The notes under the pieces were generated by a model, which saw only the letters and a program-made list of their open reading frames with translations, was not told the DNA's origin and made no database searches. This document shows, piece after piece, positions 13,115-28,100 of a DNA stretch of 64,000 nucleotides; position 1 is the stretch's first letter; every line of letters begins with the position of its first letter. The stretch comes from Paraspadella gotoi (taxonomy: Eukaryota > Animalia > Chaetognatha): contig CM119268.1 of the NCBI GenBank assembly GCA_051294375.1, positions 24,041,167-24,105,166 of the forward strand, in the 5' to 3' direction. The translations under genes and the position numbers were made by a program.

Positions 13115-16100
13115 ATGGGTCAAGGGTCTTCTCTCAACATTCCTGCTCCCGTTGGAGGCCTACGTTTGTTTTCCATGACCTTCACTGGAAAATTGGGTCA
13201 GTTTGGCTTCTGAGTCAGTTTAGACCCAAACTGACCAGTTTAGATCATTTTCCAATCAGATTATTGAGTCACGTTAAGCTTGAATATATTCATAAACTCG
13301 GGTTACAAACTATTGCTATTAACTATTAATTATTAACTATTGTTAACTTTAAGAAATGTCCTTGGCTAAATTATAATTAATATTTATTTTTTCTCTTTAG
13401 TTCGAGATTCCGTCTGCCTTCATTATTGCAGAGAGGACGTTATTTCCAGTATAATTGGAATCATCAATGAATTTTGGCCACCTGGAGTTCAATGGATGGA
13501 CCTGAGCCAAAGGTTAGACCTTGGAGTTAAATGGGATGGACCTGAGCCAAAGGTTAGACCTTGGAGTTCAATGGATGGACCTGAGACAAAGGTTAGACTT
13601 TGGAGTTAAATGGGATGGACCTGAGCCAAAGGTTAGACTTTGGAGTTCAAGGGATGGATCTGAGCCAAGGTTAGACCTTGGAGTTCAATGGGATGACTGA
13701 GACAAAGGTTAGACCTTGGAGTTAAATGGGATAGACCTGAGCCAAAGGTTAGACCTTGGAGTTCAATGGGATAGTCTTGTGGAATAATTTGGTTCACTTT
13801 CAAAAGATATTAAAATTTTCGAAGTTAGACTTTTAAATAGTAAATTAGATACGCATGATAGTCTGATTGCAAAGAGTCGAATGAATTTGCATGTGTGTGG
13901 CGGTAAATTCACACCGCCTCACGTCCATCCATCCGTCAGCCAAATCCATTGGCTCAGAGGGGGAACACACCATCCCAGGCGTAGTGTTCCTTCCACAGTC
14001 CTAACGACTTCCCTCTGCGTTGGCAAAGCGAGACCGTCCTAGGGTAACCGCGCCAGTGACTGGAGGCGGTTACTGAGGGTCGGAAGCCCCAAAGCCACAG
14101 TGAGATGCCCCATCTCAATGGTCATCACAGGCAACCCAGCTGTTGCCATAATGTAATCCAGGTTTCATAAACTTTAACTAAATTGACTTTCTCTTTTATC
14201 TCTCTCTATATAAAAAAATGCTACATTGTACAATTAGCTAATTGATTTTATTCGTTTTTTCAACCAAATTTACTCTTTATGACCCTTTTTATTTTCGTTC
14301 TCAGGTGATCGGGTTACAGAATCAAACTTAACGGGTCACCTTTTGAAATCTCCGCCGTCGAGGAACTTCCGAGTCCATTTGGGTCAAAAACCTCATGGCC
14401 AACTTTTTTCTTGAAAATGGGAAGAAAAGGTTTGTTCGGAAAAAGGTCAGAATTAAGCAACCGAGTCCCCTCGGTCTGAGATAGCAAATTTGATAAATAT
14501 TTGAATAATTTTTACGTACGTTTCGCCGATTTCAAAAGATAATGTTAAATTGTTACATAATATTAGTATTTTTATATATAATTTTATTTAAGGTTGGCAA
14601 CCCCTCGTCTCGTCCGATCTACGTCGAATGGGTGATGCTTCAACTCTCTTTATGGTCTTGAAGCCAGAAGCCGCCAAGTCTTTCCAAGAGGCCGACAGAG
14701 TCGCCGTTGTCGGTTTACATGAGACGTCAAAACTGCAACTCATTGGCTTAGACGAAGAGACGGTGAGGAATTAGATAATTAAATGATTATTTAATTATTA
14801 AAAGATTACGGGATTAAATCAAATCGAATTAAATTAAATTAAATTAATTAATGCATTTGAGTCAGTTAATAGATAATCAAGGGATTAAGTCATTGAAAGA
14901 TTAAGTGATTAGGTGATTAAGTGATAGAGTGATTAAATGGCTTTGTGATTAGGTGATAAATTGAGTGATTAGGTGATTGAGTTTAAGGGAGAAAGGGTTT
15001 CAATAATAATGTGCTTAAGTGATTATTTATTAACTGATCAAGTTATTTAATTCTTAGGTTGATACTTTACATGTTGTCCTATTGGGAACTTGGCACAAAA
15101 AAGTCGTCGTGAAGAATTTCACAACTGAAGNNNNNNNNNNNNNNNNNNNNNNNNNNNNNNNNNNNNNNNNNNNNNNNNNNNNNNNNNNNNNNNNNNNNNN
15201 NNNNNNNNNNNNNNNNNNNNNNNNNNNNNNNNNNNNNNNNNNNNNNNNNNNNNNNNNNNNNNNNNNNNNNNNNNNNNNNNNNNNNNNNNNNNNNNNNNNN
15301 NNNNNNNNNNNNNNNNNNNNNNNNNNNNNNNNNNNNNNNNNNNNNNNNNNNNNNNNNNNNNNNNNNNNNNNNNNNNNNNNNNNNNNNNNNNNNNNNNNNN
15401 NNNNNNNNNNNNNNNNNNNNNNNNNNNNNNNNNNNNNNNNNNNNNNNNNNNNNNNNNNNNNNNNNNNNNNNNNNNNNNNNNNNNNNNNNNNNNNNNNNNN
15501 NNNNNNNNNNNNNNNNNNNNNNNNNNNNNNNNNNNNNNNNNNNNNNNNNNNNNNNTTACTTTCTGATCACGTGACCCCAGTTCTGTGTGGTAATACGACA
15601 CACACATGTACAAGAAGTATTTACTAATACTATATTAGTCTTCTTAAATTAAATTGAGTCAGTATTTCGTGAATGAATCTGCCTTTAATTAAAGGAGTAT
15701 TACCCAATTAAAACGTGAGACAGACCGACTGACTGATAAGTGACTTATAGACTCTCACCACGAGTAGTCGCCGCGCAACTAAAAATATATTTAATTTTGC
15801 GCTGATTGATTTTTTTTAGGAGTTCGTGATCGATGGGAGTCCTTGGGGATTGTTGACCAACGAATTAGACGCAATAAGAAGTAGAATTATTTTATTGAGA
15901 ATTTTGGAGACAATGGAGGCCATGGTAGGCATAGCCATGGTAGGCATAGCCATGGTCTAGGCATAGCCCCACTCAATGGTAGGCATAACCCACTCAATTG
16001 TTTCCCAAAAGCGCCCAATTTCTGCTAAAATTTTTAAAAATTAATTAAGATATGATTTTCATCTTCAGGGATGGCATCTCATCATCAACACGAATGTGAG

Positions 16101-19100
16101 ACCAACAACTGATACTTTGTTCTTTCTTCCTTCACCAGAAAGAGTTCACGTTAAACCAAAGGTCAATGGGTCAAAAGGTCAAGGGGTCGAGAGGTCATGG
16201 GGTCGAGAGGTCATGGGGTCTAAAGGTGAAGAATTCAAAAGGTCAAGGGGTCAAGAAGTCAAAAAGGTTAAGGGTTCACGGGCTCATTAAGTCAAAGGGT
16301 CGAAAGATCAGGGGGTCAAGCAGTTAAGGTGTCACGTGGCAAAGAGGGGTCATTTATAGGTCACGGGGTCAAGTGATCAAATAGCTTTCTCAAGTAGCTT
16401 TCTCGTTCTGTTAAAGATAAACATTTCTCAAGTCTTTTGTCGTCTTTCTCTCTGTTCACCCTTCACTGTGCAAAANNNNNNNNNNGTCTTTCTCTCTGTT
16501 CAACCTTCACTGTGCAAAAAGGCGGAGTGAAAGTTGCAGATCAAAATTCGAATAGTTGATCATGAACAGTAGGCCGGAACAGGTTGAAAACTAGAAGTTC
16601 TCTCAAATAAATAATGGTTAAGTGACTGTTATAGAATATGAAAATAAAAATAATTTTTAAAATTTATCTTATTGATTAGTGCACGGAAGCATTTAAAGAT
16701 TATTTTATTACTATATAAAGTTTAAATTTAAAAAAAAAATTTTTAATAGATTCTGGTAGAGCTTTAAAAGTTAGATAAAGGTTATTAATACAACTTTTTA
16801 AATTGTTTTTTTGTTTTATTAATTTGTTTTATTGATAAAAATTTTAAAAAACATAAAATTCAACCAATGATGATGATGATGATGATGATTTTTTAAGGTT
16901 TTTTCTATTTTTAACCAATTTATTTTCAAAATTTTAGAAAATTGTAATACTAACTGTCATTTAACTTTTCAAGCTCTATAAGAATCCGTTCTTAAAAAAT
17001 AAAATATAAAAAAAAAATGTTGTCATTTATTATATATTAATAAATATTTAAAAGCTTCAGTGTAACAACCCAATGAACTAATTCAAAAAGTTGCATTGAA
17101 AATCGATTTAGTAATAGATGGAAAAAAGGAATTTTTTGAGAGAACTAGAAGTTATAAAAAGTGTTCAAATTTGGCCCGCCTTAATGAACAGTCTTGGACT
17201 AAACATTGATATATAAATTTCTTTTTTAAATTTTCCTGCAAAAAGGCGGAGTGTGAAAGTTGCAGATCAAAATTCGAATAGCTTGATCATGAACAGTAGG
17301 CCGGAACAGGTTGAAAACTAGAAGTTCTCTCAAATAAATAATGTTAAGTGTGTTAGGAGAATATTGAAAATAAAAATAATGTGTTAAAATTTATCTTATT
17401 GATTAGTGCACGAAGCATTTAAAGATTATTTTATTACTATATAAAGTTTAAATTTAAAAATAAACAAATTTAATAAACTTCTGGTAGAGCTTTAAAAGTT
17501 AGATAAACAGGACTGTGAGAGAGTCTTGATTGAAAGCTTGCAGGGACCGTGCTATGTAATTATCTTGTAAGAGTGATGGAGGCCTTAAACCACCAAAGCC
17601 TCGTCCAAAGCAGGGCAAGATAGCTTATTTATTAAAATGAATGATAATTTTTATATTGGTTGTACCAATTTCATTAAGGTTATTAATACACTTTTAAATT
17701 TTTTGTTTTTATTAATTTGTATTGATAAAAATTTTTAAAAAACATAAAAAATTCAACCAAGATGATGATGATGATTTTTTAAGGTTTTTCTATTTTTAAC
17801 CAATTTATTGTCAAAAATTTTAGAAAATTGTAATACTAATTGTCATTTAACTTTTCAAGCTCTATAAGAATCCGTTTCTTAAAAAATAAAATATAAAAAA
17901 AATTTTTGTCATTTATTATATATTAATAAATATTTAAAGCTTCAGTGTAACAAACCCAATGAAACTAATTCAAAAAGTTGCATTGAAAAGCATTTAGTAA
18001 TAGATGGAAAAAAGGAATTTTTGAGAGAACTAGAAGTGTATAAAAAGTTGTTCAAATTTGGCCCGCCTTAATGAACAGTCTGGACTAACATGATATATAA
18101 ATTTCTTTTTTAAATTTTTCATTTTCGCATATGCCCATATTTATACATAGTACTTACCATAGAAAAAAATTGTTCTGAGTTTTAAAAACGGATTCCTATA
18201 AAAAAAGTTGATAAAGAAAATTATATAGGACTAAGCTCTGACAAAAAAAGTCAGAGGGTTTTTTTAATATATTCTTGGACCGGCCAACTGTTAGAATGAT
18301 GGCAATATTGCTATTTTTAAGTTTCAAAAAAATCCGACCATAAATATAGAAAATATTAACCAAAATCTTCGGCAAAATCCACCCCTTCTTTGGAAGATTT
18401 TCGCCATATAAGATTTTTTCATGTTGAAAACTCTTTAGAATTCCGACATCTTAGCTCCTCTTTTATCTTTTACCTTATAATATAAAAATTTCACCAAAAT
18501 GGACTAATTCACTTTAACATGATCGTATCTATATTCAAATAACCAAATGAAATGTAAAGAAAATTTTGAGAGCCCTTCAGACATATTGCTATCAGATTCC
18601 CTGGATTCGGAAGTTTATTGTAAAATGACAACATACCTTAAATGCGTTGACATTGTATTGAAGTATTGAGAAATCCCTTTATTCTTATATATAAAAATTG
18701 CATCACAAAATATCTTTCCCGAGCGGAATCCATCTGAATCGAATGGTTCGATGTCAAAATGATGGTAATTTGTCAAGACGAAAATAACAATGCGAGCCCT
18801 TCAGATGCAACAGGATCGGAATCGAGTGTTTCTTACATCTTATTTTCTTACCTGAATTTTCCCAGGCGGCGTTGACATTTATTTGTAGTCATTATTTTAA
18901 CAAAAATCTCCATTGAAAAGTTTCCTCGATTTCTAAGAACGACGTAGACTCCTAAATACNNNNNNNNNNNNNNNNNNNNNNNNNTCATTTTCGCATATGC
19001 CCATATTTATACATAGTACTTACCATAGAAAAAAATTGTTCTGAGTTTTAAAAAGCGGATTCCTATAAAAAGTTGATAAAAGAAAATTATATAGGACTAA

Positions 19101-22100
19101 GCTCTGACAAAAAAAGTCAGAGGGTTTTTTTAATATATTCTTGGACCGGCCAATGTATAGAATGATGGCAATATTGCTATTTTTAAGTTTCAAAAAAATC
19201 CGACCATAAATATAGAAAATATTAACCAAAATCTTCGGAAAATCCACCCCTTCTTTGGAAGATTTTCGCCATATAAGATTTTTTCAGTTGAAAACTCTTT
19301 AGAATTCCGATCTTAGCCTCCTCTTTTACTTTTACCTTTAAATAAAAATTTCACCAAAATGGACTAATTCACTTTAACATGATCGTATCATATTCAAATA
19401 ACCAAATGAAATGTAAAGAAAAATTTTGAGAGCCCTTCAGACATATTGCTATCAGATTCCTGAATTCGAAGTTTATTGTAAAATGACAACATACCTTAAA
19501 TGCGTTGACATTGTATTGAAGTTGAGAAATCCCTTTATTTTATATATAAAAATTGCATCACAAAATATCTTTCCCGAGCGATCCAGTCCTTTGAAATCGA
19601 ATGGTTCGCATGTCAAAATGATGGTTATTTGTCAAGAGAAAATAAAATGCGAGCCCTTCAGATTGCAACAGGATCGGAATCGAGTGTTTCTTACATCTAT
19701 TCTGTCTTACCTGAATTTTCCCAGGGGCGATTGACATATTTGGTAGTCAGATTTTAACAAAAATCTCCATTGAAAAAGTCTTCCTCGATTTCTAAGAACG
19801 ACGTAGACTCCTAAAATATAAGTCTTAATCCAAAAATCAAAAAACCTATACTGTTTTATACTAAATTAATTATAGATTATTTATAATAGTTAAATATAAG
19901 TCTTAATCAAAAATTCAAAAAACCTATATGTTTTTATACTAAAATTTAATTATAGATTATTTATAATAGTTTTTAGGATTTTGACCCACTTAATAAAATA
20001 ATTTTCTTATAAGAGTTATATTTCCTTGAATCAACTTTTCGTGAGGAATTCGAATCTGCTTTTAAAAATAAGAAAAAAAAACATTTTAAAATTTAGACAT
20101 TTTGTATGTATAAATATGGGCATATGCGAAAATTGAAAAATAAAAATAGAATTATTTTTATTTAAAAATATTCACAGGTACAAACCTGTTTGTTACCTAC
20201 TATTCGAATTTTGATTCTACTTGATTTTAATATTTTTGGTTTACTGTGCAACAATGAGAATCCAAAGAGAATCAGGGACCTCGTGACCATAATTTATGGG
20301 TTAGGGTTAAGTATGGGTTTAGGTATGACATAATGGTTCAGGTATGACATAAGGGTTCAGGTATGACATAAAGAGATGATCCGATTGTCAGTCTTTTCTT
20401 TCCTTCTACAGAACACCGTAGTCACCCAACGAGTTCATCCACCAAAATTAAAAGGAAAATCTTCAATGGAAAGTTCATCGGCGGAGGCTGGGTCGGTAAG
20501 AACAAAGGATTCGTCGGCAAGGACAAAGGATTCGTCGGCAAGGACAAAGGATTGGTCGGCAAGGACAAAGGATTGGTCGGCAAGGACAAAGGATTCGTCG
20601 GAAAGGACAAAGGATTCGTCGGAAAGGACAAAGGATACGTCGGCAAAGACGACATCTGTGTCGGCAATGGAGGCTCCCATGCAATCATGGTCAAGAAAAG
20701 AGGTGAGGAAATTGCCAACAGCAAAATTGTAAATATCAAACAGCAAAATTGTATGCAGTGAAACTTTTGAAGCTAAATGAAAGGATTTTTTTTGTCGGTA
20801 TTGCGTCGTTTAATTTATGTAGCGAAATTAATTTCAATAGTTAAAATAAGTTATACAGAAAGGGTTATAGAAAGAAAGAAGTATAATTAATTTGAGTTTA
20901 AAAAATTTCAATATTTATAATAAAGTGATTTTGCTAACCGAATTATTTCAAGAGAGAAAAAAATAGATTTTTACTAGCAACATATCTGTTATTATATTAG
21001 AATATTCTTTATACTAAAGATGTTTTTACTTTGATTTATTATTTTTATGTTGTGAAAGTAGACAGAAGACAAAACTGTCATCCTTCTTCCAATTATATTA
21101 TCAAATATAAAATAAATGAAATAATAATTAAATATAATACTTACATAAAATAATTTCGACTTTTATTTTAATTTAAACATTTAGTCTTATTTAGTCTAAC
21201 ATAAAAAAAAAGTAAAAACCTTCAACATTTTAAGACAAATTTTTTGCGGTGTATTTTTAAATAATACAAAGACAGTAAAATGAAAATAATGATATAATCA
21301 TTACTTAACCTTTTATAAATATTTTGTCACCTTTTCACTCTATATTTAACCCTATATATATATTTATATATAATTATATATATATTATTTATATTATATA
21401 TATATATATATCTCTCTCTCTCTCTCTTTCTCTCCTAAGACAGAGCCCATCAGAGGAATCCGGTTCTTTCCCTGAGCAGTCAGTACAGTTTGCTACAGAT
21501 ACGGAACCCGGAATCGGTTCTATGTGGGGAATGGGCCTCATTGCGCAAGACTGTCTTGCTATTGTTGGTGAGGAAAATAAAATAATTACAGTTTTAACAT
21601 TGCATTGACAACCTATTTTAAAGTCTAATTGCGAAAATAATATTCGTATCGCTGTTGTTATGAGATTAGCAAAGTTAATTTCTTTTTATTTCAAAAACGA
21701 TTTATTTTTAATACAAAACAGACGTTTGGCTTTAATGCGAGCGAAACATGTCAGTTTTGTATTAAAAATAAAATCGTTTTTGAAATAAAAAGAAATTCTC
21801 TTTGCTAAAGTCTAATTTTAATTTGAAGTTGATATATTTATATATTATTACACTGTTTTTTTTTAACCATGCAGTCCGAAAATTTTCTACAATCCTGTAC
21901 AGTTTCTAGTATTATTTTAAGTGCTTAAAACGATAACAAGGTGTCCTCATCAGATTTTGCGTTAGACCTACGCACAATTGACCGGAAGTTGACGTTGACT
22001 ACAACATGGAATTTTTTCTCATTTCTTTAATTGCAAGATAAGAAAATAGTTTTACAAAAATAATAATTGCCCTAATTTTAAGTTACTCTCATTATTTATA

Positions 22101-25100
22101 AGTTTTACTTTAAAATTTTTGTTTAAAAAAAGCTTCTTACCATAGTCGGGCGTGTCAAAACCGGAAATAACGCTCAAAAACTGATAAAATACGCACTATT
22201 AATAGTTTTTGATCAACTATAAATATAATGGTTTTTCTTGTCATATTATAGGTTGTATCCACAAAGAATTATCATATATATCATAAAAAACTATCGATCA
22301 GCTCTATAGACTAAATAAACTATCAGTTACAAAAGATTCGTTTCTTAGTAACTGTTAAAATTCAAGAATTAAATATTATTTCTTTATTCGTTGCTTGAAT
22401 GAGAACATCATAATGCCACAGGGGATAATGATTTAGTATTACAGCAATAACAACTACAGGAATAAAAAATTTCTAAGTATTAAAGCCATTCGTGGTGGAT
22501 TTTATAAGTATAATTTTCTTACTTTTTTGGCAAACATGTTTTGATTCCTTATGAACTAATCATTTTTTAAGGCAGTCCAATAGTAAAAGTAAATCTGTTC
22601 CAGAAAAAGTCAGGTAGAAGAGAGAGAGAGAGAGAAGCAGAGAGAAGCAAATACAAAAGAACCTCTTTAGAAAATGATTTTGTTGCAGAAGAATCAAAAT
22701 ATTCAGCATGAAGCTAATAAAAATGAACTTGTAAATTTACTTGAACGTATCAACCTTTTAATTCAAGTCTTCATCCGCATTAGGGAACTTCGTCAACAAG
22801 TTTTTACTGTCCAAAAAATCATTGGGAGAGAGAGGAGAGAAGGAAGAAGGAGAGTGAGAATTAGGTGAGGAGTAAGGAGAGGAGAGAGAGAGAAAGAGAG
22901 AGAAAGAGAAGAGAAAAATATTTAAACAAAGATTGAGAAGAAAAGGATAGAGGTCGAGTGGAAGACAGGTTAGGTTTTAGGCCAGAGAAGAGAGCATAAT
23001 ATTGAAAAAAAAAAACCCATTTTCACTGTTAAAACAAAACAGTTGCTTGAACTACTTCAAACTCTTTCTATTTCCAAAACGCGACAAGAAACGGATTTCA
23101 AATAATGGTATAAATGATAATTTTTTTTTATATAGCTGGATTAAAGGTTTTTAAGGAAAGAAAAAAATGTATCACTATTACTTCTCTCAGTCTCTCTCTC
23201 TCTCTCTCTCTTCTCTGTTGACCATTTCACTTCTTTTCCAAAAACTCCCACGTTCATCTGATCTTCCAACTCTGACCACTATCTTTCACGCCACTTTGTG
23301 GCTGCGAAACTTTAACGTCTCTTCTCTCTCTCCTCTCTCTCTCTCCTCTCTCTCTCTCTTCTCCTCTCCACACACCATTTACTTTTGAAAAATTTTTGAT
23401 AGTCCTGTCAAAAACATTTCATGAAGACTCGAAAACGAGTCGAAACATGTCTGTTTCTATTAAATAAAATTTGTTGTAGTTCAAATCTAAACTGGTTGTA
23501 TTTTTCGCTAAATACAAAACACAACCTGTGAACAAACGAAAGGAATACCACAATAAGGCGAAAAGCAAAAAAAATTATAAATCTGATTAACTTTTGAATG
23601 CACTGGATATTGTTTTCTTCTCTTCACCTGGAAAGAACTTAAAAATAGGGTATCTCTCTAAAGATTTAACATAAAAACTTTATGAAAAAGGGACCTAACT
23701 TCCGGCTATAAGTTTTTGAGCAAAAATGATATGCCAGTAAACAAATTACTGATGAAAAACATTAATTAGTAAAGGGTATAAAAAATTAAAACCAGGATTG
23801 GTTAAAATTAGCAAAGGTCATTAAATTGAATGAAATTGAAATGAAACTTTTCGAATAATTTATAGTCCATTGGCTATTAAAAAAACAAATCTTTTTAAGA
23901 TGTAATAATTGACTAATATATAGGATTTTTTATGATATGGATGGTAATCCTTTGTGATAAAGCTGTTATATAACAGTAAAAAACCATTAACAGTCTGAAT
24001 AGATCAAAAACTTTTAATAATGACATATTTTAATTGATTATCGAGCACTATTCCGGTTTGGGACACGCCCACTATTGATGATAAACCCTTTTTTGAAATC
24101 TTTTTGTCTCAGTACTACTTATTAAATAATTATACTAATTGCAGGCTAAGTAAAAAACTACTGCCTAACTTTTCATTTGTAGTAAAATAAAAATTTCATA
24201 TTGTAGTCCACGCCAACTTCCGGTAAATTGTGCGTAGGTCTAAAGCAAAATCTGATTGACGACACCTTGTTAATCGTTTTAAGCTCTTAAAATTATACTA
24301 GAAACTGTACAGGATTGTGAAAATTTTCGATTGCATGGTAAAAAAAAAACAGTGTAATATATATTTACTAATAATCTAAATCTTAACTATTTTTAGTCTG
24401 CTTATCAGAGGATCCCAACTCTATAATTCACTTTGTCGTCCGTCGGTCCGTCGGTCCGCCCCTTCAATCTTGTTCGGGCACTCACAATATCATGTCAGAA
24501 CATTGAATTATGATAAATTATGCAAAAAATGATGTCCGTCCGTTTGTCTGTCCATCCGTCCGTCCGTCCGTCTGTCCCACCTTAGCAAAAAACACCAATT
24601 ACTCGTGATTGGATGGATGGATTTGAATAAATTTTGAGTGTGGATAGGGAAGTGTCTGATTGAGCTGGATATGAAGTTTCGATGGAATCGTCCGAGTGGA
24701 AATGAGTTTAAATGAAAAAAACAAAAAAATATATTTCACTATTTGAACCCCAATTACTCATGAGTGGATGGGGCGATTGACCTGAAATTTTGTATGTGGG
24801 TAGGAAAGTTTGTGATTAAGCTTGAAATCAGGTTTCGATGGAAATGAGTTTAAATGGAAAAAAACCAAAAAACTGTTTCACTAATTGATTATGCTTCTTT
24901 TTCTTTTTATATTAAATGTAAATGCAAGATGTATTAATTAATCAAATAATTAATCAGTTAATTAATAAATTAGTCAATTAACTAATTAATAATTAATTAA
25001 TCAGTCAATCAATTAAGTCAATCGTTATGGGCATTATTCTCATCGTCATCATTGCTTTTTTCGTGGTTAGTGACGAAAAGACCTAAAAACAATAATTAAT

Positions 25101-28100
25101 TACCTAATTAATTAATTAATTAATTATTTAATTATTAATTATTTAATGTTAATTAATTAATTACCGATAATGATCGTGTGCAGATCCGACATTGTTTGCT
25201 CAAACTTGTTTTAATTTAGGTCGTCCAATGCCATCTGGATCTGACGAAGCAAATCTTAATCGATTAATTAACCACAGTTATCTTAATGTGAGGCCAAATA
25301 AAGATGATCATAGTCGAAAGGCCAAGATTATGTCCAGGTTAATAAGATAATAAATTAACCACCAATGATCTCTATCTATAATGTTTTACCAAATATAAAC
25401 ATATAAAAAACAGAAATTTTAACAAAAAACTTTAAAAAACGCTGTTTAAATGATCCAAGGATTCTTTTTCATACTTATGATTGCCTGAAATGACAAGAAA
25501 CTAAAATTCGTGTAATATTGAGTCTTTTTAGTTAATAATGTTAATAATTCAGTAATTTGAATCCGAGAGTCAAAAAAAAACCATATTTCGTTTAATACTT
25601 ATTGTTTACTGATATTTTTTAGATGTGAAATAAACATACTCATCAGCTTATGTTTCAAAATTTTGTAGTCATGAGATCGTCTGGTGATTCTTGCATCAAA
25701 AAAGTCACAGTAACTCTGTGAGCGGCGTTCATTGCCATTTCTTGATTAGTATTTTTTTAAAATACCGAATCATTTTTATAATTTAGTGATATAACTGTTC
25801 AATATAAACCATTCCTAAGCTTCGGATCAGGCTGTAACAAAGTGTTATAAGCGTGTGAAGCGCCCCGTCCCTCTTAAGTGCTAGGCGGCCACAGGGCTAG
25901 AACCCTGTACATTAGGTTAGGTCTCGCCAATGTTTTACCTCATTCACAATAAATGTCTCCCTACTCTCTATGGCGTGGATTTCACTCCATTAATATTATA
26001 GATAAAAAGTGATTCTTAAAAAATCGCGTGAACTCTATACTTTGATATGTATAATATGTATATATTTCTTTTATTTAATCTTAATTACGTTTTTCGTGAA
26101 TGTAATGATTTTTAAAAACCAAATCAACTTTTCGCTAATGTGGTTATTATTTAAAAATATTATTTAAAAATATCGCAACATTTAATTAACAGACCAACGG
26201 ATTCTTTAATTTAATTTAATTTAATTTATTTAATTTAATTAACGGACCAACGGATTCTTTAATTTAATTTAATTTAATTTAATTAATTTAATTTAATTTA
26301 ATTTAATTTAATTAACAGACCAACGGATTTTTAATTTAATTTAATTTAATTTAATTTAATTTAATTTAATTTAATTTAATTTAATTAACAACCAACGGAT
26401 CTTTAATTTAATTTAATTTAATTTAATTTAATTTAATTTAATTAACAGACCAACGATTCTTTCTATGGAGAAACTTTTAATTCTTGGCGTCATAAAAAGA
26501 AATCACGTGACCCTCTTCACGTTTCGCGCGTGATTGTGAAAGATGTGAAGGAAAGTGACTTGGTGAATCGTCGAAGAAAAGATAGAAAAGAAATGAAAGA
26601 TAATGTGTCATATGACGATAATGACAACTCTGGTCTTATAACAAAGATAGAGACAGAGAACGTGTCAGACAGAGAGGGAGAGACAGAGAACATTAACGAG
26701 GTCCGTGACTCAGAATTCAATTCTGCTGATTTTCGTGACGCATCGGAACTAGAAACAAGAGATATTGATTTTGATCATTTGAGACCAAAAACTAAAGAAG
26801 AGTTAGAATTAGATATTGTTGTGGCTGCAGTTTGGGGAGCAGTTGATGAATATTGGCCTAAAGGAATTCAAAAGCAGAATATCATGGTAAGAAATAATTA
26901 ATATAAAGGAACAACTTGCAAACTCTGTGATTCCAATAAGGGAGAAAATTAAAACAAATTTTATTTATTACGCAAAAACTAAAAAAATATTTAAAAAAGT
27001 TGTTTATCTTTTTATTGAATAATATTGAACAACAATATAATAATTTTTTTCGACCATCCTAATTAATTTATATTAAGTAGTTAAATTAAAGAATATACCT
27101 TTCTAATTTGGAACCATTCAGGATAAAAAGTGTTTAAATCTGTCTCACTTAATTAGCCATGTTTCGTGTCAGAAAAAAATGGTTTTAATAAATGACAAGA
27201 AAATCAAGGAATTATATTTTTTTTTATTTTTTACAGAATGAATATTATTTTTTAAAATTGAGAGGAACTCCTTGGTGGGTTGATGGAAAAGAAGCCTGCC
27301 AGTCAAAACTCATGATGGCCAAGGTTTGAAACGATAGTAGATACAGTTTTGAAAGTTTATTTTACCTTTTTTTTACAAAGAAGTAAAAGGTAGATTATAG
27401 TATTTGGATTTAGTAAAATATTCAATCTAAATAATTTTTTTAATCTAAATTTTAAATCGCTATTATTTTTTATGAAATTTCAGATTTTTGAGGCTTTAAC
27501 TTCCATCGGGTGGATTATTAAATGTTGTCTTGATTCTTCCTGGAAAGACAACGACCGAAATTCTTGCTACTTTGAAAAATGCAATGCAAAGGACACCAAA
27601 GTCGTTGTGGTATCAATTTTTGTTTCTTTTTTTTTTTTGTTATTTTTTGATCCTCATAACCTTTTTTTAACAATTGATTTTAATTTCAACTTGATAATCA
27701 ATTAGATAAGTTACTTTCAAGTTGGTCTGTCTCTTTGTTCCGAAATACCCATTACTTGTGATAGTAAATAAATTTATGTACTATCTAGGAAAAAAGTATA
27801 TAAAATAATTCATTTATTCAATAAAAAGTATACAAAGTATGGGTAAAATATTCTCGGCATTGACTACTGCCTNNNNNNNNNNCAATATTTGGTATGCCCT
27901 TCCTCAGCATTGACTACTGCCTGCATTCATCTGGTCATGCTCTCATACAGCAAATTGAGGTATGACAGTGAAATATTTTTCCATATCTTTAACGCAATTC
28001 TTTTCAGCCCCAATATTGATGTCGTGCATCTTTCCCTCTTTTCTGAGAGCTATAATAGCACTTTTTTGAACCAAAAAAAGGTGCAAGGCCTTTAGCATTA

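Noticed and set aside
13481-13772. Regular ~40-bp repeats resembling a CRISPR array
   Set aside because: Head-to-tail units with no unique spacers, in a eukaryotic intron, with no cas genes.
13896-14099. TGTGG..CCACA bounded GC-rich segment, possible solo LTR
   Set aside because: No clear TSD or second copy in the window.
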